In this document: piece by piece, positions 1 to 13,090 of the stretch
Position numbering within the stretch: position 1 is the first letter of the stretch
Layout of the letters: each line of letters opens with the position of its first letter
Origin: Octopus vulgaris
Taxonomy: Eukaryota
Assembly (NCBI GenBank): GCA_951406725.2
Contig: OX597815.1
Location: 166,532,001-166,596,000 of the forward strand
Direction: 5' to 3'
DNA length: 64,000 bases
The notes under the pieces: model-generated
The model's database searches: none
Told to the model about the DNA's origin: nothing
Seen by the model: the letters and a program-made list of their open reading frames with translations, nothing else
Position numbers and translations under genes: made by a program

Positions 1-1045
1 CAACGACAGGTGATGGCGTTACATTTTAGCTTTCTCCTTTTGTCTTCACTGTTGTTTTACGTATTTTGTTTTTGCTGTAAATTTATGAAATTTCTCATCT
101 TGCGTGTGTGTGTGTTTGTGTGCAGGCATGTGTGTGTGTGTATGTGTGTGTGTATATCTGATCCATTATCTCTTCCCTAAAAAAAAACAAAAAAACTTAT
201 AGCTTGTTCAGCTCTACTTTAGATATTTCATAATCTTTTGCTTTACCCGTTATAGTTTTTTTTTTTTAATTTTGAAACTGAGAATATTTGACAATAGAAA
301 ATGATTTTTGAAAAAAAAAAAGAAAAAAAGGAAAAACAAACGCATTAATTGTGATGGTGGTGGTGCTGGTGATGATGGTATTGGTCTTGGTGGTGATGTT
401 GGCGACGATAAACAATTAGTAACAAAAAGTGTCTCCAAAGAGTTAAGCCCCTTATATTTATTGTTTCCTGTCAACCCAAACGTGATGGCGAAAAAGTTAC
501 AGTCCAGTGATGATGAATTCATCGTCTATATGAATTTAGAAACTTTCGTTAGTGACAGTATTCTCGCCCCTATTATATATATAGAGAAAGACTGGATCAA
601 AACCCGATCGATTGTTCTCGAAAGAGAATACTCCTATAGAGATTTGATATTTAAAGTGGTTACCATATTCAGTATGTATTTTTTAATTGAAGGTTTTTAT
701 AACAACGATTTATTAAAATCGTCTACCCGCTTCGCTCCAATGGCATAAGAACAGAGAATAAAATAAAAAAATTCAGATCTGCTTATCTAATCTCACATCT
801 AATTTGGAGGGTTCCACTCTCAAAAACCTATGACATCAATTTGTCGGTCAATACTATTTGCCTAACTACTCAATATCTTGAAGGTCATGAATTACATAAA
901 TATAATTGCCATGTCCTACTTGAATACGATATTTTATATCTTCTCTGACGAAGTTATTTTCTGACCTATGACTAAATATTTTATTATAAACTTATATAAT
1001 TACTGATTGGATAGTTCTCAAACTATATTTTAATTTTCTTTGCAG

Positions 1046-1091
1046 ATTGCTGCATGTTGTCTGGATGGAATTAAACTAGTTTCTCATTTAG
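1046..1091 (+). other. Candidate 46-nt spliced exon (UTR, non-coding or micro-exon)
   Basis: Acceptor ttttaattttctttgcag| and consensus donor ag|gtaagtat in unique sequence. No product is assignable. Confidence 0.5.
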
Positions 1092-4000
1092 GTAAGTATT
1101 TTTTTTTAGCTATTTTAAAAATCTTTATGTTTTAAAGCTTCTTAGCATGGGGTAAAAGCTTCAGTTGTTTTATAACATATAATAACTTTGTTTAGTTAAA
1201 ACACTTAAATGGCTGTATGAGATTGTAACAAAGGAGATAGAATATTCAGCTGGTGATCTTAAGATCAGACTTTATTTATGTATTAGACTACATGAAGGCA
1301 ATTATCGAAATGTTGAGTAAATTTTAGGCGTTTCTTTAGCTAAATTTACATTTGAAGGTTATAGTTTTATATCAACTACCATGTATACTAGGATGTAATT
1401 CAATGATAATATACCAATTACTGTAAAGTTAGATTAGTTTTAAATATGTGGCTCCATTTAAAAGATAATGGGTTTAGAGATAAGCCACAGGTCATTTGCC
1501 TTGCCTTAGTCACCCATTTTTCGAGACTAAGATGAACTCTTCAAACACTTCTAAACTTCTCCATAAAAGATTTGCAAGATATATAAGTTGTTTCAAATCT
1601 ATCCCATGCATAAATTAATAAATTTTAATATATTTATATTTTAGAGATTGCATTTTTGCCCTTCATAATGACCCAATATAGTATAAGATTTATTTTACCA
1701 TATTATAAAAATAATGATGAATTTTAAATAGCTGAAGCTTTTATCCTTTAATATTTCATAACAGAAAGGTGGCAAGCTGGCAAAATCGTTAGCATGCCAG
1801 GCAAAATGCTTTGTGACATTTCGTTTGTCTTTATGTTCCGAGTTCAAATTCTATCGAGGTCAACCTTGTCTTTCATCCTTTTAGGGTTGATAAAAGAAGT
1901 ACCAGTTTAGCACTGGGGTCAATGTAATTGACTTAGCCACTTCCCTGAAACTGATAGCCTTGGAACAAAATTTGAAACCAATTTTCATTACTTTAATACT
2001 ACATTGCCTAAATCTTATTGTGATCTTTTTCAGAAAAAATGCTCTAACTAAATCACTTTGGTCACCATTTAATTATAGAATATATTTTAACTATGAAATT
2101 GTTTACACCATCAATACAAAAGAATCAATTTCCAATCAACTTCATATGTAAAATTAAAGCATTTTCAAACCAAGATTTATTATTTGATCGAATGAGTGTT
2201 TGGTCACAGAGCCAGGAAATGTACTGATATCATTTCTAATCTTGCAATGTTTTTATAACTCTTCACTCTGCTAGACTTTCAAATAACCTTCAGATGGTTC
2301 AGTTGTTGCTTGCAAAGCTTCACATGGTAGGGTAGTATCCAACCAAACTTTCAGGACATATTGTACAAAATATGTTGGGTTATTGAAACAGTATCAGCTG
2401 TCTAGATTTTAACAATCTACTTATGTAGAGTTAGATGCTCAAAGGTTTGTGAACTTGAAACCACAGCACTCAATGTCATGAGAGATTTATTTTGAAATAA
2501 TACTTGCAAATAATGGATAGATGTTATTCAGAATATTCTTATATTTGTAAGAATAATTTTTCAAACATTTATTCTTTGGTAAAGTCCCATTGAAACATGA
2601 GTAGGGCAGGTTACTCAGTGGGTTGTTTTTCTGGAAATAAAGGACTGGGTGATGTTTATTTGGAAGTTTGTATAGTCAGACTGTATTTGAAATAAAAAAT
2701 ATAGGGATGCCATTGAATCCTGGTGATATAAAAGCTACCAGCCTCTAAGATGCAAAAATACTTTACAGTTACAATAGCAGTGGTGAGGGCAGGATACAAT
2801 ACATCAATGCAGTGGTCCTCAAAATTTGACAAATGTCAGCCCTCTCCTTTTCTTCCAAATAGCAATGAAATTTACATCCATGCTTTTGTTACTGAGAAGT
2901 TCTAAACAAAGTTTGCATCGATATAATTCTTCTTTCTTCACCATGGTATTGGATAAGTTCAAAACGTTTAACTCCTTAGCATTTAAACTGGTCATATCCA
3001 GTCCAAATATTCTGCTTTATGTTCAAACTGGCCTGATCTGACCTTACACCTGCACTACAATGTCATTTGCAAAACATATAATCATATCATTGAAATCTCG
3101 AAGCTACAAGATAATGTATGATTAATTCCAAGGGAACATTACATTTAATAGACCGAAGAAGACCGAAGAAGATTAAACATGATTCTGTTAAATAAGCGAT
3201 GTTAACTTTGATAAATGCTGGGTACTGAAAGTGTCAGTAGGCATATGTAGGAGAGTTAATCATTCAGATTTGGACATATGATGTAAGAGGATTGGGTGAA
3301 AAAGTTGTCAGAAGGTAACCCTGGTTTAAGAAAACTTGAAGAAATAGTCTTTATTGTTGATTGAAAAAGAAAAAAAAAAAACATGAACATTTTTGGCCTT
3401 GGTTATGAATGAAGAGCAGTTTTTCACCTACATGGTTTCATTTGTAAGAAGCAAAAGCTCACCTTTTGACTTTCAAGCATATATTCTAAGCTTTTTGCTA
3501 GCTTTGCCAAACTTGGGGATAAACACCCTCTTAATTATACCTTTCATTAAATATGTTAACCCTAACTAAATTATTTTGTTATTGTGAATGGCATCTCTGA
3601 ATAATTCTATTTTTCTATGCCAAATCACTACTGCAGCAAGAATGATCTAGGCTACTGTGGAGGTCAGAATAAGACCAAAACAGTCCAGAGTTGTCTCCTA
3701 TATTTGGCAAAAAAATATTGTAAGTCAGTGTTATTGAACTAACGTAACTTTTTCTTTGTCACATTTTTCTTTCTAGTTAGCATTTTAATGCTTCCTTCAT
3801 TAAATAAATTAAGGTTAATTCGACCATTGTAAATCACCCAACTTTGTTGCTATAAGCATAACCATTTCAGGCTTCTAAGCACTAGGCCATCATCTGGTTT
3901 CAAGTTTTGGCTCTCTTAAAACAAAAAAGAAAGAAAATAAACTCTTTGCTAGATTCATGGGTGGTATAAAAATCAGTGATTTGCAGATGCAATGATCGTC

Positions 4001-5819
4001 AAACTCATCATTTTTCAAACTACCATTTGACTAGGACTGACTGTGTATTTCCTGAATTTTCATGAAAAAAAATCATCTCTGCTTTATCTATTACATATCA
4101 GTCTTTTTCAGTATTTTTTCTGCTATTTTCCCCCACTCATTTTACTTCAATTATCATTCTTAGAAATTTCCCTGTTCTGTTATTCAAACCATAACTGACA
4201 CTATAAACTATTTTCAACCTTCTTACTGTATAAAGAATCACAAATTCATTATTAGGATGAATAAGGCCAAGATGGCTATATGGTAAGATGTTTGCTTCCC
4301 AACCACATAGTTTTAGGTTCAGTCCCATTGCATGATACTTTAGGCGCAAGTATCTTCTATCATAGTTCCAAGCCAACCCAAGCCCTGTGGGTGAATGTGG
4401 TAGGTAGAAACTGAAAAAATCTTGCCATATATATATATATATTTGTTCTGGTCTAACGACCCTTTGTGTTTGTTTTTGTTCAGTTTCCTTGTATGTCTCC
4501 ACTGTTATTTTTTGTTCACAACTTTGACCCTTCGTAAATCCTAAATCTTAGTTTGGAATTTATGGGAGCAAGTGTCCTTTCTCTGTGTTAACTTGTCCCG
4601 TTTTGCATTTTTTTTCTCGTTTATGTATTTCACTCATTTTTCCCTCATTTGTTTATGCATTTCATGTTATTTGCACCATTGGTGAAGTCCTGTACCCATA
4701 TATGCATGTATGTATGTGTATATATATATCTTATTTGTTATATATATATATGTATATATATAGATGCATTTGTGTTTGTGTTACTGTCTCCTTGCCTTGG
4801 CATTACTTGAGTGGATGTTAACATCATGCAAGTAATGCCCTTTCATTTCCAGTCTTGTGCAAAAACATGTTCTGCCAGAGAGAAAAAATTTACCTTTCTT
4901 GGAAACAAGTTAGGGTTGGCAACAATAAGAACATCTGCCTGTAGAAAGTTATATGTTGATTACATTACATTGTCTGGTATTTATCATGAAAAAGTAAGGC
5001 GAACTTCAGCTAGAATTGAACTCAAAATGCACAATGACTTAACTAAATACTGCAAAATATTTTGTTCAACACTCTAGGAGTTAATGCTTGTATATATAAA
5101 CATATATCAATTCAATTTATTTTGTTTGTAGTTTTCATCTACAAAAACTTTCACTTGGAAGGTTTTAGGTGAGCTGTAGTTCAGGTAGATGAGCTTGACT
5201 TGAAGTGATGCATTGCAATATAGAACCTGGAACCATTGAATGACTAAAACAGATTTCTTAGCTATAAGGTTGTGCCTGCAGTCATTAATTAGAAACAGCA
5301 CCGAAGAAAAAAAAAACATGTCCTTTGAGTCATTTATTTATTCAAACATTTGTTTTGCACCTATTTTTCCATGTTTGCATGTGTTGGAAGAGACTTATTT
5401 GAAGTAGCACTTTATGGCGGTATGCTCTTACTATCATCAATCCTTAGCTATTTTTCGAATGCAGAATATTTTATTTCATTAGTCTTTGAAAGTGTTAAGT
5501 GACGGGATGTATTGGAATTGCTATTTTTCCCATCTAGTAACAAATGGAGACAGAGAATGTCAGCTTTCACACATGCATGCACAAACAAACATACACACAC
5601 ATGCATACATACATCATAATTTAATATCCATGTTCCATTCTGCTATAGGTTGAATGGTTTGACAGGATCTGTTGGGTTCAAGGACTGCATTGTACTCTAG
5701 TGTTTTACTTCGGCATGGTTTTTATGGCTTGATGCCTTTTCTAATGTCAACCACTTGACAGCCTGTGCTGAATGCTTCTTTTTTTGCCACCAACATTAGT
5801 GAGCTCACCATACATACAT

Positions 5820-6065
5820 ATCATCATCATCATCATCATCATCATCGTTCAGCGTCCGCTTTCCATGCTGGCATGGGTTGGACGGTTCAACTGGGGTCTG
5901 GGAAGCCAGAAGGCTGCACCAAGCCCAGTCTGATCTGGCAATGTTTCTATGGCTGGATGCCCTTCCTAACGCCAACCACTCCGTGAGTGTAGTGGGTGCT
6001 TTTTACGTGCCATATGAGGCTGGTAAACGGCCATGATCGGATGGTGCTTTTTACGTGCCACCGGC
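5820..6065 (-). mobile_element. RTE 3'-UTR copy with (GAT)n tail
   Basis: Closely matches the reverse complement of 12575-12810. Similar copies lie near 5617-5800, 14786-15000, 15100-15260, 23030-23320, 23370-23540(+), 24585-24770(+) and 37505-37720. Confidence 0.85.
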
Positions 6066-7431
6066 ATATTTCATATTCCATTTACTAATTCCACTAGAAG
6101 ATATTGGTCGGCTAGAGGCTGTAGAAGAAGAAACAGGCATTTATCTTGGGTGTCACATTAGAACTCAAAACTTGGTGGTTATGAAGCCAACTCCATACCC
6201 GCACAACCAAGCCTGCATCCATTACAGACATAGCTTATAGCAGATTGGTCTGTAATTTTTCTTATCAAAGATTGTAATGGGCACAACTATGATGATGAAA
6301 CTTGCTAAGAAACTTGCTTTCTAACCATGTGATCTCAGGTTCATTCCCACTGCACACCACCTTGGGCACGTGTTTTTCTAGTCTCAGGCTGACCAAAACC
6401 TTGTGAGTGAATTTGGTCAATGGAAACTGAAAGGTGTGTGTGTGTGTTTATGTCTTGATATGTAATGATTGTAGGCATTGGTTGTGTGGTATGAAGCTTG
6501 CTTCCTGATCACAGAGATTTGGGTTCAGTCCCACTGCATGGCACCTTGGGCGAGTGTCTTCTACTATAGCCTGAGGCCAACCAAAATCATGTGAGCAGAT
6601 TTGGTGTATGTATATATGTGTGTGTGTGTCCTTATGCAATGATTGTACCACCAACATACAAGCAGCATTGTTTCATCGACATAGAACCAGCATTGTTTGC
6701 TTTCAGTCTTCTATAAAATACATATCTGATCATTTGCTTGGAAACAAGTAAAGTGGTGACAGGAAGGGCATTCAGCCATAGCAGATCTGTCTCAATGAAT
6801 TCTTTTTGACCCATGCAAGCTTAGAGAGTCGATGTTAAACAATGATGATGATGACGAAAGATTATTATGGAAATCTGACACCACACTTGTATTATGGAAT
6901 TGAATAACTTACTAACTAACAAAATCTGTTATAGCTGTTTCATTTACTTATGAAATCTATCCTTACTAGTTTCTAATAACATCTTCTAACCCACTTCTGT
7001 GCTTCAATTATAACTGAATTAGTCCAGATATAGTAGGTCGTAAGATCCTATACATGACTCTTTTACTATCACACTCTTCGTGTTGCAGCTGGCTAATCTC
7101 ATTTAATCTAAGTTTATAATCCTTCTGTATTACATGTGTGATATGTATATTTAGAATGCAGAATGCTCCAGTCAATGTTTTTTCTCAGCTGTTGTTGTTG
7201 ATATTCTTAATCAGTGTCGCTACATTCTATCTACTTTCATATCTATCGGTTGGTCAGTCAGTGTGTGTGTGTGGGGGGGGGGGGGGGGCAGGGAGATGAG
7301 TGGGTATGTGTGGTTGAGAAGCTGGCCCTGCAACTATCGTTTCAGGTTCAGTCCCACTGCATGTCATCTTGGGCAAGTGTCTTCTACTACAGATCCAGGA
7401 TGACCCCTCTCTTTCTCTCTCTGTATATATA

Positions 7432-7462
<31 letters not shown>

Positions 7463-7773
7463 AGGTGAGCTGACACAATTGTTACCATGCCAGGAAAAAT
7501 GCTTGGCTGTATTTCATCAGACTATACATACTGAGTTTGAATTCTGCCATAGTCAATTATGCCTTTCATTATTTTGTGATCAACAAAATAAGTACCAGTT
7601 GAGCATTGGGGTCAATGTAATCAACTTACAACCTTCTCTGAAATTGCTGGCCTTGTACCAAAATTTGAAACCATATTTCCTCTCCTTCCCTTCTTTCCTG
7701 AGTGTCAAATAATACTTTAATTGTTCCATGTCCTCGCGTTGCTGTGTTTTTTTCTGTGTTTTCTTGTTTGGAT

Positions 7774-7817
<44 letters not shown>

Positions 7818-8056
7818 CATACATACATACACACACCCGTGTGTGTGTATATGAGTGTATGTATGTTTGCATCACTGCCACCACTACTTGACAGTTTTTT
7901 TTGGGTTTGTTTATGGCTCCATAACTTAGCAGTTTGGCAAAAGGATGTGATAGAATAAGTACTTGACTTAAAAAATAAGTGCTGGAGTCAATCTGTTTGA
8001 CTAAACCCTTCAAGGTGGTACATCAGCATGGCTGCAGTCCCATGACAAACAAGTAA

Positions 8057-8102
<46 letters not shown>

Positions 8103-8104
<2 letters not shown>

Positions 8105-8311
8105 TTTTATTTGTTACAGTCATTTGACCGCAGCCGTGCTGGAGCACTGCCTTAAAGGGTTTTAGTCGAAGAAATTGATTCCAGGACTTATTCTTTGTAA
8201 GCTCAATACATATCCTAACCATCTCTTTTGCTGAACTGCTAAGTTACAGGGACATAAACACACCAGCATCAGCTGCCAAGTAATGCCAGAGTAACAAACA
8301 CAGACACACAC

Positions 8312-8355
<44 letters not shown>

Positions 8356-8518
8356 ATGCACAATTGGCTTCTTTCAGTTTTGATCTACTGAATCAACTCA
8401 CAAGGCTTTGGGTGGCCTGAGGCTATAATAAAAGATATTTGTCGAAGGTGCTACACAGTTAGATCAAACCTAGAACCATGTTGTTGGGAAGCAAGTTTCT
8501 TACCACACAGTTACACCT
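8103..8518 (-). mobile_element. SINE family A copy (diverged)
   Basis: Reverse complement of the family A body and head. Further partial copies lie near 4270-4430, 6300-6610, 7300-7400, 7860-8060, 14520-14680, 17030-17215, 27255-27630, 32805-32940, 44800-44920, 46380-46670 and 49120-49520. Confidence 0.75.
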
Positions 8519-8977
8519 ATATATATATATATATATATATATGACTATGGCTAAATAGTTCACTTCCAAACCATATGGTCTTGAATTCAGTCACACTGCA
8601 CAGTACATTGAGCAAATCTCTTGTGGGTTTGGTAGATAGAAACTGGAAGAAGCCTGCTATGTACGTGTGTATATGAATAAATGTATGTATATATAATTAA
8701 TTATTTGTAGGGTTCATTTGAATTAGGGTCGAGATTACTTGTTGCCAAAATGAGAGGGTTAATGCACATTCAATATCTTGATATTTTTTTCTGAACCAGA
8801 TCTTAAATTTTAGATTTTTAAATCTTTTCAAGAGAAGATTTTTTCATGATGTAATCAGTTTATTCATCAATAAAAAACATGTCTGAAACAGCTGTATTGA
8901 ACCTAAACCCATTTCTATTCTTTCTCTCTCTCTCTTTGTCCCCCTCTCTTTCTCTGTATATATATATATATATATAT

Positions 8978-9182
8978 TCTCTCACTCTTTTACTTGTTTC
9001 AGTCTTTTGACTGTGGCCATGCTGCAGCACCACCTTTAGTCGAGCAAATTGACCTCAGGACTTATTCTTTGAAAGCCTAGTACTTATTCTATTGGTCTCT
9101 TTTGCCGAACTGCTAAGTTACGGGGACATAATCACACCAGCATCGGTTGTCAAGCGATGTTGGCAGGGACAAACACACACAC

Positions 9183-9221
<39 letters not shown>

Positions 9222-9393
9222 CATATCTACAATGAGCTTCTTTCAGTTTCCGTCTACCAAATCCACTCATAAGCATTTGGTCGGCCCAAGGCTATAGTAG
9301 AAGGCACTTGCCCAAGGTGCCACGCAGTGGGATTGAACCCAGAACCATGTGCTTGGTAAGCAAGCTACTTACTACACAGCCACCCCTACGCCT
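8978..9393 (-). mobile_element. tRNA-derived SINE, family A (full length), head abutting the 5' end of the LINE
   Basis: The reverse complement starts aggcgtaggggtggctgtgtagtaagtagcttgc..gggttcaatcccactgcgtggcaccttgggcaagtg (A/B-box-like head), has a central (TA/TG)n tract and ends gactgaaacaagtaaaagag. It aligns with copies at 20248 and 48588. Confidence 0.85.
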
Positions 9394-12168
9394 AGAATAC
9401 TTAAGATTAGATTAGTGCTTCATCATAGTTTAGCAACCATTATATCAGCCTATGCTCCTCAGTCGGGGCTACCCGATGGACAGAAAGACCGATTCTATGA
9501 CACTCTACTGCAGACTACCTCGTTGACGAACGACAGAGACCTTATCTTTGTGGCTGGTGACTTCAATGGTCACGTTGGACGACATGCTGGGGGCTTCCAT
9601 GGCGTACATGGAGGCTATGGCTATGGCTCCCGCAACGAGGAGGGAACCAGGCTGCTGGAGTTCTGCGATGCAAATAATCTTATGATTTGCAACACTAACT
9701 TCAGGAAACCTACCAGCCACCTAGTCACTTACCAATCGGGCCAACATACCAGCCAAATTGACTACATCCTTACAAGGCAAAGGGAGAGATGGCTGCTTAT
9801 AAATGCCAAAACCTTCCCAGGTGAAGAATGTACCCCACAACATAGACTGGTAGTTAGTGACTTTAGGATCAGGACTAGGAGGACAACCAGAAGACGACAA
9901 ATATGGAGAAGAAGGATCTGGAAGCTTAAAGATCTTGCAAATGGACAGAGATTTAGGGACATATTACTTGAAGCCTCTGACGAAGTAGAAGGGGATAGAG
10001 CATCACAGGGGGTAGAAGACAGCTGGACGTTTCTAAGGGACAACCTGCTGAGAGCCACTGACCAGATCTGTGGCTGGTGCAAAGTCCCCTCTCGACCTAG
10101 AATAACGTGGTGGTGGAACAATATTGTAGACAGGGCTATTAGAGAAAAGAGACAGGCTTGGAAGGTCTGGAAAAATGGGGGTAGCAGGGGATTGTATCAG
10201 ACTGCCAAAAGAGAAGCTAGGAGACAGGTTTATTTAGCCAGAGGGGAAGCAGATAAGAAAAAATTTGCCAATGTTCTGCGCCGTGAGGACCAAAGACTGG
10301 AGGTGTTTCGTGTTGCAAGACAGTGTGTGAGAGAGAATCGTGATGTGGTAGGAGAGAAGTGTGTTCGCATGGAAGATGGTTCACTTGCGCTAAATGAGGA
10401 TGCAAAGAGAGAGGTTTGGAGATGCCACTATGAAAGGTTGCTGAATGAAGAAAATGAATGGGATAAAGAGAGTCTGCCGAATGTTGACCCAACAGAGGGA
10501 CCAGCTATCCGAGTTGATAGTTCCGTGGTAGCTAAGGCAATTAGAAGCATGAAGACAGGGAAAGCCCCAGGCCCATCAGGAATCACTGCAGAGATGCTCA
10601 AAATGTCTGGTAGTGTCGGCTATAGCCTAGTCACCCGTATAGTTAATCAGGTGATACACAAAGGGGTCATACCCAATGACTGGTGTAGCAGTATAATAGT
10701 CAACTGCTACAAAGGTAAAGGTGATGCCCTAGATACAAATAACTACAGAGGTATCAAGCTGTTGGACCAGGTGATGAAGGTTACGGAGAGGGTCATAGCC
10801 CAACTAATTAGAGAGAGAGTTAGTTTAGATGAGATGCAGTTTGGGTTTGTGCCAGGGAAAAGTACTACTGATGCTATATTCCTGGTAAGGCAGCTGCAGG
10901 AGAAATACCTAGCCAAAGATAAGCCCCTGTACCTGGCTTTTGTTGACATGGAGAAAGCCTTCGACAGGGTCCCCTGATCCCTTATCTGGTGGGCAATGAG
11001 GAAACTAGGGATAGATGAATGGTTAGTGAGAGCTGTGCAGGCCATGTATAGGGACGCCGCTAGTAGGGTGAGGGTTGGAAATGTGTACAGTGAAGAATTC
11101 CGGGTAGAGGTAGGGGTCTACCAAGGCTCAGTACTCAGCCCCCTCCTATTTATCATAGTCCTCCAGGCAATAACGGAGGAATTCAAGACAGGATGCCCTT
11201 GGGAGCTCCTCTATGCTGATGACCTTGCTCTAATTGCTGAGTCACTATCAGAACTGGAGGAGAAGTTTCAGGTGTGGAAACAAGGATTAGAATCGAAGGG
11301 CCTCAGAGTCAATCTAGCTAAAACCAAAGTCGTAATCAGTAGGAAGGTAGACAAATCACAAACACCTTCAGGTAGATGGCCCTGCTCGATCTGTAGAAAA
11401 GGTGTAGGTAGAAACTCTATAAGATGCACCAAGTGTAAGCTATGGACACATAAGAGATGCAGCAATGTCAAAGGAAGGCTAACTAGGAAGATGGTTTTTG
11501 TATGTGGCAGATGCTCAGGAACAATAAACACTGAAAATGCTCTGAGACCAACTTCCGTCACTTTCCAGGGAGAAAAACTAGAAATAGTTGATAGTTTCCG
11601 TTACCTAGGTGACCAAGTCAGCAGCGGGGGCGGGTGTGCTGAAAGTGTAACTGCTAGAGTAAGAATAGCTTGGGCAAAGTTCAGAGAGCTCTTACCTCTG
11701 CTGGTGACAAAAGGCCTCTCGCACAGAGTGAAAGGCAGACTGTATGATGCGTGTGTACGAACAGCCATGCTACATGGCAGTGAAACATGGGCCGTGACTG
11801 CTGAGGATATGCGTAAGCTCGCTAGAAATGAAGCCAGTATGCTCCGATGGATGTGTAATGCCGGTACTCACACTCGGCAGAGTGTAAGTACCTTGAGAGA
11901 AAAGCTGGACCTAAGAAGCATCAGTTGTGGTGTGCAAGAGAGACGTTTGCGCTGGTATGGTCATGTGGCGAGAATGGATGAAGATAGTTGTGTGAAAAAG
12001 TGCCACACCCTAGCGGTTGAGGGAACCTGTGGAAGAGGCAGACCCAGGAAAACCTGGGACGAGGTGGTGAAGCACGACCTTCGAACTTTAGGTCTCACTG
12101 AGGAAATGACTAGAGACCGAGACCTCTGGAAGTGTGCTGTGCGCGAGAAGACCCGGCAGGACAAGTGA
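9394..12168 (+). pseudogene. RTE ORF2 (APE-EN + RT + internal PHD-type finger) broken by one in-frame TGA at 10975-10977
   Basis: ORFs 9349..10977 and 10996..12168 are in the same frame (offset 1647 = 549 codons). The read-through is DRVP*SLIWWAMRKLG, so the TGA probably arose from CGA (Arg). The first ~15 codons of the track ORF come from an adjacent antisense SINE. Confidence 0.92.
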
Positions 12169-12812
12169 GTCCATAACCCGTGGCCTTCTACATGGGATGG
12201 AGCCAGCCTACGTATGCATACCTTCCCTTCTTGGGACACAAAACTCTACTTGTGAAGACGTGTTGAGGCAAGTGAGGATCAGAATCGAAATCGATCAATG
12301 GAAATTGCGGATGTGCTACCAGTGCCGGTGGCATGTCAAAACTCTGCTTGTGAAGACCCGTTGAGGCAAGTGAGGATCAGAATCGAAATCGATCAATGGA
12401 AATCGATCAATGGAAATTGCAGATGTGTTACCAGTGCCGGTGGCATGTAAGAAAACTTTCCGTTTCGCGACCGTTGCCAGCACCGCCCCGTTTCGTGTCC
12501 GTTGCCAGCACCGCCCCGTTTCGTGTCCGTTGCCAACCTCGCCTGGCCCTCGTGCCGGTGGCACATAAAAAGCACCATCCGTTCGTGGCCGTTTGCCAGC
12601 TCTGTCTGGCACCAGTGCGGGTGGCACGTAAAAAGCACCCACTACACTCACGGAGTGGTTGGCGTTAGGAAGGGCATCCAGCCGTAGAAACACTGCCAGA
12701 TTTGACTGGGCCTGATGAAGCCTTCTGGCTTCACAGACCCCAGTAGAACTGTCCAACCCATGCTAGCATGGAAAACGGATGCTAAACGATGATGATGATG
12801 ATGATGATGATG
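9394..12812 (+). mobile_element. RTE-clade non-LTR retrotransposon (LINE), 5'-truncated within the endonuclease, with 3' UTR and (GAT)n tail
   Basis: APE endonuclease motifs (SAYAPQ, AGDFNGHVG, SQIDYIL, QHRLVV) are followed by RT motifs (KAPGPSG, NYRGIKLL, QFGF, AFVDMEKAFDRV, GVYQGSVLSPLLF, LYADD, FRYLG) and an RTE-type C-terminus (RRLRWYGHV, RGRGRPRKTW). The 3' UTR runs from 12169 to about 12785, then (GAT)n at about 12788-12812. Confidence 0.95.
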
Positions 12813-13090
12813 ATTATCATCATCATTGTTTAACATCCACTTTCCATGCTGGCATTGGTTGGCTGGTTTGACTGAGGACTGGCAAGCCAGGAAGCTGCAC
12901 CAAGCTCCAATCTGATCTGGCAAGGTTTCTACAGCTGGATGCTCTTCCTAACGCCAACCAGTCTGAGAGTGTAGCGGGTGCATTTTTCATACCCCTGGAA
13001 TGGGAGCCAGTCAGGCAGTACTGGCATTGACCATGCTCGAATGGTACTTTTTGCATACCACCGAATGGGAGCCTGTCAGGCGGACTGGTA
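12813..13090 (-). mobile_element. RTE 3'-UTR copy, tail-to-tail with the large LINE
   Basis: (atc)n..tttccatgctggcat..gatctggcaaggtttctacagctggatgctcttcctaacgccaacca is the reverse complement of the LINE terminal ~200 nt at 12600-12790. Confidence 0.85.

Noticed and set aside
308-748. 146-aa ORF
   Set aside because: It starts at a TTG before a poly-A run, includes a (GGT/GAT) low-complexity tract and has no recognisable domain.
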